Below, piece by piece: positions 25,576 to 35,019 of a stretch of DNA of 64,000 nt. Below the pieces are notes generated by a model. That model saw only the letters and a list, made by a program, of their open reading frames with translations, searched no databases and was not told the DNA's origin. Made by a program: the position numbers and the translations under genes. Source of the DNA: a bacterium (GTDB lineage: Bacteria; Patescibacteriota; Minisyncoccia; Minisyncoccales; JAGGXC01); NCBI GenBank assembly GCA_021157625.1, contig JAGGWD010000015.1:13800-77799 (forward strand), written 5' to 3'. Each line of letters opens with the position of its first letter. Position 1 is the first letter of the stretch.

Positions 25576-28086
25576 ATGAAATTTATTATAAAATTAAAAA
25601 AAATAAGTATAACACCCATGAAAAAACAAAAAATTTATCTATCCCTTCTTGCGATAATAATATTGATCTCTCTTTTTATTATATTTTTAGCGACAACAAA
25701 AAATCAGCAAGTAGTAAAAGCATCCCCAGGGATATACCTAGAATTCAGATGCGACGAAAACAATAACAAGTGTGGCGACAGAATTCTGGTGAGAGCATGT
25801 GTTGGAACAGGAGGTGAAAAAGTATGTACTCCAGGTTTTGACAAAATAGACGATCTTATCCAGGCAATAAAGGAAAAATGGGGATGGGAAGAACCTGAAA
25901 ATTGGAGCGATCTCCCAAGTCTTTTGAAGTGTAAAGACTATCAAATTTGTACTAGATTAGCCCCTCCTCCTACTGAATGGAGTAAAATACCTGCTTATTG
26001 CAAATGTAAAGGAAAATGTATAGAAAAGCCTAAAAGAGCAGGAACCGAAGAATGCCCCGAATGTGGAATTAGAGACGGAATTGATTTTGTGAATCCTGAA
26101 AGCGGCCCCATCTTCTTACCTGCCCATTTTGATTGGGAAAAGGTAGAGGGAGCAAAATCATATCGATGGAAAGCTGTCCCTGTTGCAATCCCAGGTGTTA
26201 CATATGTACCAAGTACTAACACAAAAACCATAGTCTCTGATGTTATAAGAGATATCTCACACCCTCGCAATCCTCCTACCGAATATACACCACCCTCTTG
26301 TTCTCTTCAATCAGGAAACGCATATTATTGGAAAGTTCAGCCATGTTGTGATCTTGCTGGACTCAATTGTAAACCATGGGCAGAGCTTGATGCCTGGCCT
26401 TTTACTACAAGTCTAGCCCCTGAACCAGCTACTCCTTCTGATCCTGACTGGAATAACACTACCAGTGAAGCAGAAACGCAAGACATTCCTGTAATTCTGG
26501 ACTGGTGTGACCCTCCCGATAACACAGTTATGTTGGGCGAAGGCAGAAAAGGAGAATATTATTATGACCAAGGACGAGGAAAGAATATAACCAGTTATAA
26601 ATTAAAACTTTACCACATAAACAGTGAAAATCAGGAAGAGTGTCATCCTTTATTAGTTAAAGATGGAAAATGTATACCAAAAGAAATAATCCCTGGTTCT
26701 AATTGGCCATGGGATAAACTCTACTCTCTTTGGGAAGACTTCACAGGAACATATTTAATTGAGAACCAACGATATAGATGGCAAGTGGCTACTTGCTATT
26801 TATCGGAAGGAAAGGAATACTGTAGTGACTATAGCCAGAAATGGGGCTTTTCTGTAGGAACAAATATTAGAGAAACAGAATTGATAGCTCCTCCAAATAA
26901 TATCAATGATGCTATAGGTCTTCCTGTGACTTTTAAATGGAACAGAGCAATTGGAATCAATTCTTATAATTACAATATTGGAGGCCATACTGGTACTACC
27001 TCAGCAAACATCATAACTTTTGATTGGCCTGATTTTGAGCTCGATACAGTCTATAATTGGACAATCCAACCCTGTACTGACTATGCAGCTCAAAATTGCA
27101 AAGATTGGCTTGATCCTTGGCAATTCAAAATCACTGGTGCTCCTCCTGTTTTGCTTGCTCCTACAGGAACAGAAGCGCTTTCAGCAGTAATTCCTGTAAA
27201 ACTTGATTGGAAAGATGTCTCAGGAGCAGGCTCCTATGAGTATAGAATATTAGGAGGAATAAGCCCAGTAAAAGGAGTGGTGAATGTATCGGAAGTTGTA
27301 GTAGATTATCCTGATCTGAAACTAAACCATGTCTATACTTGGCAGGTTAGAACATGCGCCCATAAAGATGGAAGCGTATGCGGAAAGTGGAGCAATCTTG
27401 GCGCTTTCACTACTTTCTCAATGGGATTTCCTGTTCTCATAAAACCTTCTCTTAATGCAAAAATTGAAGAACCGGAAATACGGTTCTCTTGGAAACCGTT
27501 GAAAGGTGCTAAGTATTACGAATACGTTATAAAGAACAAGAACACAGGAGAGGAAATCTTTCATAAGATTATAAATTCAGATTCCATCACACACTATTCC
27601 TACGAGTTTCCTGAAGTAGGAGAGTATGAATGGAGAGTAAGAGGATGTCTTGATTCAAGCTGCGGAACGGGAGGTGCAGGACCATGGAGTAATTGGCGAA
27701 CTTTCAACTTAGCACTTACAGCGCCTCCACAAAGACAAGGAGGATTAGTTCCCTGTGGCCGTCTCTATGATGATCCCAACACACCATGGGATGAGAGAGA
27801 ACAATGCCAGATTAAACATCTCTTCTTGCTTATTAGAAATATCTTGGATTTTCTTCTCTGGAAGTTAGCAACCATTCTCTTAATACTCGCATTGGTAGCA
27901 GTTGGGGTTATGCTCTACATCTCTAAAGGAGAAACAACTATTATCTTGCAAGTAAAATCTGCTCTCAAATGGATAATCATAGGATATGGTCTAATACTTC
28001 TCGCTTGGTCTATTGTCAACTTCCTCTTAGCCCTTGCTGGATTTCGGTTTCAAATCTTTGGACATTGGTGGGAACTACCTTTCTAA
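25576..28086 (+). CDS. Large (836 aa) secreted Cys/Trp-rich FN3-like repeat protein ending in a pilin-like hydrophobic hairpin
   Basis: N-terminal signal/anchor; at least 6 repeated ~95-aa modules with FxWxxVxGAxxYxY and Y.W.V..C motifs (FN3-like with paired Cys). The C-terminus (VPCGR...CQIKH then 2 TM separated by KGETTIILQVKS) is homologous to 13928..14458. Confidence 0.6.
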   Translation: MKFIIKLKKISITPMKKQKIYLSLLAIIILISLFIIFLATTKNQQVVKASPGIYLEFRCDENNNKCGDRILVRACVGTGGEKVCTPGFDKIDDLIQAIKEKWGWEEPENWSDLPSLLKCKDYQICTRLAPPPTEWSKIPAYCKCKGKCIEKPKRAGTEECPECGIRDGIDFVNPESGPIFLPAHFDWEKVEGAKSYRWKAVPVAIPGVTYVPSTNTKTIVSDVIRDISHPRNPPTEYTPPSCSLQSGNAYYWKVQPCCDLAGLNCKPWAELDAWPFTTSLAPEPATPSDPDWNNTTSEAETQDIPVILDWCDPPDNTVMLGEGRKGEYYYDQGRGKNITSYKLKLYHINSENQEECHPLLVKDGKCIPKEIIPGSNWPWDKLYSLWEDFTGTYLIENQRYRWQVATCYLSEGKEYCSDYSQKWGFSVGTNIRETELIAPPNNINDAIGLPVTFKWNRAIGINSYNYNIGGHTGTTSANIITFDWPDFELDTVYNWTIQPCTDYAAQNCKDWLDPWQFKITGAPPVLLAPTGTEALSAVIPVKLDWKDVSGAGSYEYRILGGISPVKGVVNVSEVVVDYPDLKLNHVYTWQVRTCAHKDGSVCGKWSNLGAFTTFSMGFPVLIKPSLNAKIEEPEIRFSWKPLKGAKYYEYVIKNKNTGEEIFHKIINSDSITHYSYEFPEVGEYEWRVRGCLDSSCGTGGAGPWSNWRTFNLALTAPPQRQGGLVPCGRLYDDPNTPWDEREQCQIKHLFLLIRNILDFLLWKLATILLILALVAVGVMLYISKGETTIILQVKSALKWIIIGYGLILLAWSIVNFLLALAGFRFQIFGHWWELPF

Positions 28087-28101
28087 GAATGAAAGAATAC
28101 G

Positions 28102-28764
28102 ATGAAGAGAATATGGAAGTTATTAAAAATTATTCTCTTATTTCTTCTGGTAATAGGAATATTGATTTCTGTGGGCTTGTATTATGCGAGTCAAAAATTA
28201 GAAAAGATAAAAAACTCAATAGAGCCAGAGACTTTATCCCAGATTAATTTCCTAATAAGCAAAGAAGAGCAGAAAAATCTCGAACATAAGGAATTTGTAA
28301 CTCCTGACGGAAAATTAAAGCTCAAATATCTTTCTAATTGGAGAGAGATAAAAGATCCAGCAACGTTAGAAACAAGCCTTCCAAAAGAAATTAAGGAAAA
28401 TTACGGACTTGAGATTTTGTTTCTTGCAAGAAGATTAACGGGTAAAGGATTAAGCCAATTGGAGATATGCAAAGGAACATTGGAAGCTGAGTCTGTCAAA
28501 GAATTTATCGAAGCAACAAAAGCCTTATATCAAAAAGAAGGTTGGGAAATGGAAATTATTGATTCTTCAAAACCAAAAGATAATGAATATATTTTTGAGA
28601 TAAGGTACAGTAAGCCAAATCGGCATTCTTTTAGATCAAAGGAGAAAATAGTTTTCTTAGAAGATACAGCCTATATAGTAACCTTTTTCACAGCAGAAAG
28701 AGATTGGAATAATTTCCTAAAAGAGAGTAACGAAATAATGGATTCCGTAGAGATCATTGATTAA
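28102..28764 (+). CDS. N-terminally membrane-anchored hypothetical protein (220 aa); possible VirB8-like position
   Basis: A single N-terminal TM followed by a ~190-aa extracytoplasmic domain. The role is inferred from its location within the T4SS-like locus only. Confidence 0.35.
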   Translation: MKRIWKLLKIILLFLLVIGILISVGLYYASQKLEKIKNSIEPETLSQINFLISKEEQKNLEHKEFVTPDGKLKLKYLSNWREIKDPATLETSLPKEIKENYGLEILFLARRLTGKGLSQLEICKGTLEAESVKEFIEATKALYQKEGWEMEIIDSSKPKDNEYIFEIRYSKPNRHSFRSKEKIVFLEDTAYIVTFFTAERDWNNFLKESNEIMDSVEIID

Positions 28765-29905
28765 TTTAAAAATGGGTTGGTTTGTGTTAAAATTAAATAA
28801 TATGAAAAAATATAGAAGACAACTACTTACTGTCATTTTTATATCAATATTGATTAGTTTTCTTTCTTTTGGTTCTCAGGTAAAAGGATTAGAATTAAAC
28901 TGGCCTACTGCGCCCGGAGGAAAGGAACTAAGCGATGAAAGTACGCTAGTTGATTTCGTGGATTATGCTTATCGATGGGGAATATTTCTTGGAGGATTAG
29001 CTGCTTTTATTGCTCTCATTATTGCCGGATTTCAATATCTAACTTCGGTCGGAGATCCTGCTAAAATGAAGGAGGCAAGAGAAAGAATTATTGCTGCTAT
29101 TGCCGGTTTGGTTCTTTTACTTTCTACTTTTATTATCCTAAATACTTTGAATCCTGATTTAACAACCCTTTCTCCTCCTACAAGTGATATTAGCGGTATG
29201 CCAACTGGAAACTGGCAAAACCCTGATTGGGATAAACCATGTGAGTTTGTAAAAATCTATAAAGAAAAAAATTATAAAGGTCATATCCTCACAATAGGGA
29301 AAGGAGGGAAATTTGATCTAGAAGAATGTATTCTTACAGGAATAGGTATTCCCATAATACCAGGGGTATGGACATGGTACATTAGCGAAACCCCAATAAA
29401 ATCTGTTTTGATGAAGGGAGCATGCCAATTGAATTTATATGAAGAAGACAAGTGTAAAGGAAATTTCACAGGAATAGGAAAAAGCATGCCGAATCTTGAT
29501 TGGGTTTCCCAAAGTCACATTTATTCAATCAAAGCAGTAGACATTTCTCCTCCTATTCCGCCAAAAGTCAAAACTGTAACATTTCCTCCTCCTACTCCTC
29601 TGAAACAACCCGATGGAACATACAAGGCAACTTTAAAAGGAGCACTGCTTGATTTCGGAAGGACCGACAGAGTAAGAGTACATTTTGAATATGGGAAAAA
29701 CAAACTCTATCTTGATAAAACAGCTCCGCCAGACCCTGAACAGTTTCAAGAGATCTTTGTTCAAGATATACCTGCTGGAGGAATACCGTTTTCTGTAGAG
29801 ATTGAAGGATTAGCTACCAACACTACTTATTTCTGGAGAGCCATAGCAGCAAATGAAGCAGGGCCTGCTTATGGAACTACTTCCAGTTTTACTACAGGAC
29901 CATAA
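28757..29905 (+). CDS. N-terminal pilin-like hydrophobic hairpin module (VirB2/TrbC-like topology) fused to a C-terminal FN3-like extracellular domain
   Basis: Signal peptide (alternative start at 28802, MKKYRRQ...), then helix-loop-helix FIALIIAGFQYLTSVG-DPAKMKEARERI-IAAIAGLVLLLSTFIILNTL. The C-terminus ends with the classic FN3 strand motif YFWRAIAANEAGPAYGTTSSFTT. Confidence 0.55.
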   Translation: MINLKMGWFVLKLNNMKKYRRQLLTVIFISILISFLSFGSQVKGLELNWPTAPGGKELSDESTLVDFVDYAYRWGIFLGGLAAFIALIIAGFQYLTSVGDPAKMKEARERIIAAIAGLVLLLSTFIILNTLNPDLTTLSPPTSDISGMPTGNWQNPDWDKPCEFVKIYKEKNYKGHILTIGKGGKFDLEECILTGIGIPIIPGVWTWYISETPIKSVLMKGACQLNLYEEDKCKGNFTGIGKSMPNLDWVSQSHIYSIKAVDISPPIPPKVKTVTFPPPTPLKQPDGTYKATLKGALLDFGRTDRVRVHFEYGKNKLYLDKTAPPDPEQFQEIFVQDIPAGGIPFSVEIEGLATNTTYFWRAIAANEAGPAYGTTSSFTTGP

Positions 29906-29921
29906 AGAAGATTTTAAATCA

Positions 29922-32162
29922 ATGTCATCCCAAAAAACCAAAATATTCTTATTTATTCTCCTGTTAATCTCTTTCTCTCTCACTTGTCCAAAACCGACAC
30001 ACGCTATTATTGGGACGGGAATTTTTGATTGGGCAGACTCGGTCCTTAATGCTCTGGATTCTTTTGATCAAGCTATTCTCTCTTTCCTTTTGAAGCTTGT
30101 AATCTTTGCTTTCCTTTCAGCCGGATTTGCTGTTCTTTCTGCCTATCTACTGGAATGGGCAGTAGACCTTCCTTTATATTTAAATAATCCTGCTGTGCTT
30201 GCAGGTTTTCATTTCATAGTTGGGCTCGTAAATCTTTTTTTTGTTCTTGCTATTGTTTTTATTGCTTTAGCCTATATTCTAAGAATAGAAACATTTCAAC
30301 TCAAGAAGGTTTTTGCTCGTTTAATTCTTGCAATATTATTAGTGAACTTTAGTCTCCTTATAGTTGGCGCTTTTGTTGACATCGCACAATTTTTTATGAA
30401 TACCCTGCTTAGCGCCTATGGAAAGGATTTTGCTAACACCGCTCTTCTTCCTTTAAGAAGTTCTTTGGGAGCTATTACAAATGTAATTATTGCTACAATT
30501 ACAGGATATGTAGCCTCCGCCTTTACTGTATTTGGTGCTCCTTTCTCGCTTGTTTATTTAGGCTTGATGTTTTGGCAAGGAAACTTACTGGGAAATGTAT
30601 TTTCAATAGTAGTACTGATTCTATTCAATCTTGTAATGGGAGCAATCTTTTTTGTTTTTACTGTGCTGTTTATAATAAGAATCGCTGCTCTTTGGATTTT
30701 AGGAATATTTGCTCCTCTGGGAGTCTTTTGTTTTGTTTTCGATCAGACCAAAAAATACGGATGGGAATGGCTAAAAGCAACGTTTCAGTGGGCTACTCTT
30801 GGAATAGTTGCTTTCTTTCTGTTAGGGCTTATCCTATCTATTTTTAGTGCTGCTTTTCTCAGTAGACCCGGAAATATTGATATATCCCCAATCGCAGGCG
30901 TACCCAGCTTCCAATTACCTCCCTCAATTTATAATTATTTGTTCTTGATTATTTTCTTAATAGTCGCTTTCTACGGAAGCTTAAGATATGTTCCAGTAGG
31001 CGCCCAAGAAGTAATTGGAGTAATGAAGGCACAATTAAAAGCTTTAGGAGGTGTAGCAGGAATAACTAGTTTAATGAAAAAAGGAGTAGGTGGCGTCGCA
31101 AGAAGAGTAGTTCCTGAGAAAGTAAGAAGAAAAGCAGAGCAATTAGCAACTGCTCCAGGCCTTCCCACAAGAGAGGAGTTCGAAAAGATGTCACGAAGAG
31201 AAAAACTAAAAAGACTAGTCATTTCTCCTTACGCTAAGAGAGCGTTAGGCAGAGCAATAACATCTGTAACTGTTAAAGCCGATGAAGGTGTTTATACAGA
31301 AACAAAGAAAAAATTCAAAGGAAAAGATGTTCAAACTAAAGTAGAATGGTTCCACAAGGAAAGCGATTTCGTAAAGAAGGCTGCCATTCTTGCATCGTTG
31401 ATTGAAGAAAAACAACTCAAAGATGCAATGGATAAAGGACGGTTTGGAACTAACGCTCTTCAATATAGTGGGGCAGAATTAAATGCAGCTTTGAGAAAAT
31501 TAGTAAGAATGGGAAAGGAAGATGAGTGGAAAGCAATGCTTAGAGCATTCAAGGACAAAAAAGACGAATTTTATAACATTCTTAGAGAAGAAAAAACGCT
31601 TACAGAAAAAGACCTTTCAAAGAAAGGATACAAAAACATTACTGAATACATAGCAGGAGAAACTAAGAAAGCAGATCAAATAAAACAGTTAAATAAAGAT
31701 TGGTTTGATGACGATGAATTTGCAGACGCTATTCACAAATTTTGGGGAGGCCATCAAGTTGGAGAAGCCGCAAAAGCTTTCGGTCGGAAATTCACTGATA
31801 CTTTTAATGCTCACGCCAAACCACTTGACTGGTATTATGAGATAGACCCTTCAACTGGAAAAATGAGAAATGCTCAACTACCTCGATATCTAGCAAGCAC
31901 AGGAGCAATGAATGCAGGGCTTTATCCAATTGAAGGTGGAGAAGATAGAAAGAAACTAAATGAATTATTTAGAAAAGGTTTAGAGAAAGAAAAAGCATGG
32001 ACAAGCGCACCTCCTTCCTTTGAAGAAGTAGAAAAAGAAGAGAAAAAAGAACCCCCCTCTACTCCTCCACGAGGAAGCAGAGGTTTAGGAGGAAGAAAAC
32101 CACCAAGAGGAAGTAGAGGCCTTGAAGGAGGAAAGCCTCCAAGAGGAAGCAGAGGAGTATAA
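29922..32162 (+). CDS. VirB6/TrbL-like polytopic membrane protein with a large hydrophilic C-terminal domain and terminal Pro/Arg/Gly repeats
   Basis: Start set at the Met after the upstream stop; signal-like N-terminus, ~7 TM helices (aa 60-390), a ~350-aa C-terminal soluble region, and a 3x tandem PPRGSRGLxGG(K) at the end. Confidence 0.5.
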   Translation: MSSQKTKIFLFILLLISFSLTCPKPTHAIIGTGIFDWADSVLNALDSFDQAILSFLLKLVIFAFLSAGFAVLSAYLLEWAVDLPLYLNNPAVLAGFHFIVGLVNLFFVLAIVFIALAYILRIETFQLKKVFARLILAILLVNFSLLIVGAFVDIAQFFMNTLLSAYGKDFANTALLPLRSSLGAITNVIIATITGYVASAFTVFGAPFSLVYLGLMFWQGNLLGNVFSIVVLILFNLVMGAIFFVFTVLFIIRIAALWILGIFAPLGVFCFVFDQTKKYGWEWLKATFQWATLGIVAFFLLGLILSIFSAAFLSRPGNIDISPIAGVPSFQLPPSIYNYLFLIIFLIVAFYGSLRYVPVGAQEVIGVMKAQLKALGGVAGITSLMKKGVGGVARRVVPEKVRRKAEQLATAPGLPTREEFEKMSRREKLKRLVISPYAKRALGRAITSVTVKADEGVYTETKKKFKGKDVQTKVEWFHKESDFVKKAAILASLIEEKQLKDAMDKGRFGTNALQYSGAELNAALRKLVRMGKEDEWKAMLRAFKDKKDEFYNILREEKTLTEKDLSKKGYKNITEYIAGETKKADQIKQLNKDWFDDDEFADAIHKFWGGHQVGEAAKAFGRKFTDTFNAHAKPLDWYYEIDPSTGKMRNAQLPRYLASTGAMNAGLYPIEGGEDRKKLNELFRKGLEKEKAWTSAPPSFEEVEKEEKKEPPSTPPRGSRGLGGRKPPRGSRGLEGGKPPRGSRGV

Positions 32163-32189
32163 AAAAAGAGGAAGTTGGCTTCCTCATAT

Positions 32190-33281
32190 TTATTTTTGGA
32201 GATTTTTTTGGATTTTTTTCAAAAGTTCTTTAAACTCTCTAATCTCTTCTTGGGTTATTGCCTCAGGCGGCTTTCCAAAAATACCCCGAAGAACCTCCTG
32301 AATACCTGGAATTGCTTGTATTGTAAGACTTGCTGCCAATTCACTTTTTTCTACTGCTTCACAGACCCTAATCAACTTTCCAATGTCTCCAAAATCCTGA
32401 ATAGTAGAGTAAACCCTCTCTATCCTTGCCTTCTCTGCCTCTGCCTCTGTGATAATTTTGTCTTTTTCTCTTTCGGCTAAATATTTAGCAATCGTTGCCT
32501 TTCTATACTCTTCTGGAGGATTAATATCTTTAACCTCGATCTTTCTTATTTTTATCCCATATCTCTCTTCGAACTCTTCTTTCCCTATTCTTTCTGTAAT
32601 TTCTCGACCAATCGAAGCCAAATCTTGAATCCAATGTTCATAAGACTTCTGAGTGATAATATTTCTTGTCTGAGCACGAGCCCTGTTTATAACTGCCTCC
32701 AACCAATTCTCAATGTTAAACAACGCCTTATAAGGATTAACCACCTGAATCGTAAATAATAGTTCTAGCGTTAAAGGCAGTTTATTTTTATCCTCTGCTT
32801 TCTCTACCTTAGCCCAGTATACATCCTCTTTCAGCAAAATATAGTCAAGCGTTTCCTTTGGATGAGATTCCACTTTTCCATCTTCAGTTACTCCTGTCCA
32901 CTTGAAATCATAGATATAAACATCGTAGATTGGCCAGAGACCATAATATCTTAATCCTCCAAAAGGATGCCATGGTTCTCTGCCTTCTATGACTTCCCAG
33001 GTTTCTGGATCTAATGTATGCCCTTTCCACTGAATTAACATTTGAGCAACTTCTCCTCCTCTGACAATTGCCTTTGCTGTTCCTTCTCTAACAAATGTAA
33101 AATATAGATTTCTTGGTGCCAGATAAAAATAGATAATCAGAAATGAAAGCAAGAAAAATAGTGGCACCACCAGCAAAGGCAAGGCTATTCCAAACAATCC
33201 TAGCAAAAAAGCAACTATCCACCAGAGAACAAGAGAAATTACAACCCATATTATTACTCCTCCAATCTTCATTCCTCTCAC
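32190..33281 (-). CDS. SPFH/band-7 (stomatin/prohibitin-like) membrane protein
   Basis: N-terminal TM hairpin, an SPFH core and a coiled-coil C-terminus (EAEAEKARIER). Confidence 0.7.
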   Translation of the reverse strand: MRGMKIGGVIIWVVISLVLWWIVAFLLGLFGIALPLLVVPLFFLLSFLIIYFYLAPRNLYFTFVREGTAKAIVRGGEVAQMLIQWKGHTLDPETWEVIEGREPWHPFGGLRYYGLWPIYDVYIYDFKWTGVTEDGKVESHPKETLDYILLKEDVYWAKVEKAEDKNKLPLTLELLFTIQVVNPYKALFNIENWLEAVINRARAQTRNIITQKSYEHWIQDLASIGREITERIGKEEFEERYGIKIRKIEVKDINPPEEYRKATIAKYLAEREKDKIITEAEAEKARIERVYSTIQDFGDIGKLIRVCEAVEKSELAASLTIQAIPGIQEVLRGIFGKPPEAITQEEIREFKELLKKIQKNLQK

Positions 33282-33399
33282 CTCCTTATTTAGTTTTCAA
33301 CTTCTTTATATTATAAAAATATTTTTTGATTTTGTCAAGGTTTTGTAAAATCTCGAAAAATGGTATCATTATATAACAACAAAGTCTTATCTTTGCAAC

Positions 33400-33849
33400 A
33401 TGTTAAAAGAATATACTCCTGAACAATTTTGGAAACTTTACGAAAAACTTCCTCAAGATCTTCAGGACGCTATCTTCTCAGAAGAGACAGCAAACAATAT
33501 TTATACCATTTGTGACAGATACCAGATAGATGAAATTCCAAAAGTTGCAAAAATTGTGGGATTTATTTTACTTGGTGTTCTTCCCCCTGATGAACTTTAT
33601 GAAACTCTAGTAAAAGAGTTATATATAGAACCTGAAGTAGCCAAGAAGGCAACCCGAGAAATTATAAGATTTATTCTTTATCCTGTAAGAAAAAGTTTAG
33701 AAGGCTTATATGGTATCGGCGCAAAATTCTCTTTGGAAGAAACAGAAGAAAGAATAGTTGTTCCTAAAAAGAAAACTATTTCTTCCAAAACTGCTCCCAA
33801 AACTACCAAAAGAGATATCTACAGAGAACCTATTGAAGAAGAGGAATAA
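33400..33849 (+). CDS. Hypothetical cytoplasmic protein (149 aa)
   Basis: No recognisable motif; an intrinsic terminator follows. Confidence 0.35.
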   Translation: MLKEYTPEQFWKLYEKLPQDLQDAIFSEETANNIYTICDRYQIDEIPKVAKIVGFILLGVLPPDELYETLVKELYIEPEVAKKATREIIRFILYPVRKSLEGLYGIGAKFSLEETEERIVVPKKKTISSKTAPKTTKRDIYREPIEEEE

Positions 33850-33867
33850 GTTTGTTTCTAACAATTT

Positions 33868-33897
33868 TGAATAAAAAGACAGCAATGCTTTTCTGTC
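33868..33897 (+). terminator. Intrinsic terminator
   Basis: aaaagacag-caatgctttt-ctgtctttt followed by a T-run. Confidence 0.45.
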
Positions 33898-33956
33898 TTT
33901 TTATTCAATTTGATTAACTTTTATGGTACAATTTTACTAAAAACAGTATAGTTAAG

Positions 33957-34364
33957 ATGGAATTCACAGTTCCTCAATTTATTGAACACGAAGCAAAGGT
34001 AATAGGACCTTTCACTTTTAAACAATTTATTATAGTCGCCATTGCAGGAATAATCTGTTTTGTGGCTTATTACAAAACTCCTCTTTGGGTCTTTATCCCT
34101 GTCTGTATTATTGTAGGAGGAGGAGCTCTTGCTATTGTCTTTGTAAAGATTCAAGGTCGCTCTCCTTTGGTAATGGTAGCCAATTTTATAAGCTTTATCT
34201 TTTCTCCCAAAGTATATTTATGGAAGAGAAAGATAGTACCTATAAGAGTAACTCCAAGAAAGCCGCTTAAAGAAGAAGAAAAAGTCAAAGAACAGATGCC
34301 AAAAAGAGTCAAAAAAAGTAGATTAAGAGAACTATCAATAAAAATAGAGACAACAAGAAGATAA
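33957..34364 (+). CDS. Small 2-TM protein, VirB3-like candidate
   Basis: 135 aa with two adjacent TM helices near the N-terminus and a basic C-terminal tail. It lies immediately upstream of the VirB4-like genes (VirB3-VirB4 synteny). Confidence 0.4.
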   Translation: MEFTVPQFIEHEAKVIGPFTFKQFIIVAIAGIICFVAYYKTPLWVFIPVCIIVGGGALAIVFVKIQGRSPLVMVANFISFIFSPKVYLWKRKIVPIRVTPRKPLKEEEKVKEQMPKRVKKSRLRELSIKIETTRR

Positions 34365-34366
34365 AT

Positions 34367-35002
34367 ATGGCCCAAATACCAACACAAAAATTTTTAGAGA
34401 TAGAAGATATTAGAGAAGGAATAGTTATTCTAAAAAACAAAACATTGAGAGGCGTTTTAATAGTATCTTCTTTAAATTTTGCCCTAAAATCAGAAGAAGA
34501 ACAAAATGCTACTATTTTTCAATTTCAAGAATTTCTAAACTCTTTGGATTTTCCTCTTCAAATCGTGGTGCAATCAAGAAGATTAAACATCACTGGTTAT
34601 CTAGATAAGTTAAAGAGTCTTGAAGAAAGACAAGAAAATGAATTATTGAAAGCTCAAACTGCTGAATACAGAAAATTTATAAAAGATCTGATAGCCAAAG
34701 CCTCAATTATGCAAAAGAATTTCTTTGTAGTGGTTCCTTTTATACCTTTCGGCGCAGAGGCTACCAAAAAAGGCTTCTTTGCTAAACCAACACTTCCTAC
34801 TTTGACAGAAGAAGTTTTTCAACGAGCAAAAGTTCAGCTCTGGCAAAGAATGGAGTTCATTATACTTGGTCTAAGAAGATGTGGTCTTCAAGCTCAACCA
34901 TTAGATAGTCCTGAGTTAATTGAACTTTTCTGGAGCATTTATAATCCCGAAGAAGCTGAATTCGGATATTATCCCGAGATTCCTCCTGAACTTATAAGAT
35001 AA
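34367..35002 (+). CDS. Hypothetical soluble protein (211 aa); possibly the detached N-terminal domain of VirB4
   Basis: Tightly linked, only 17 nt upstream of the VirB4-like ORF; 211 + 608 aa is close to the usual VirB4 length. Stop codons occur in all frames between the ORFs, so it is not a simple frameshift. Confidence 0.4.
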   Translation: MAQIPTQKFLEIEDIREGIVILKNKTLRGVLIVSSLNFALKSEEEQNATIFQFQEFLNSLDFPLQIVVQSRRLNITGYLDKLKSLEERQENELLKAQTAEYRKFIKDLIAKASIMQKNFFVVVPFIPFGAEATKKGFFAKPTLPTLTEEVFQRAKVQLWQRMEFIILGLRRCGLQAQPLDSPELIELFWSIYNPEEAEFGYYPEIPPELIR

Positions 35003-35019
35003 CTAAATAATAAATTAAT

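Noticed and set aside
32175-32480. 101-aa plus-strand ORF
   Set aside because: It is antisense to the SPFH gene and has no motifs.
33330-33390. ttgtaa-N15-tggtatcat promoter-like motif upstream of the 33400 gene
   Set aside because: It is a plausible extended -10, but the spacing is suboptimal and there is no supporting evidence, so it is left uncalled.
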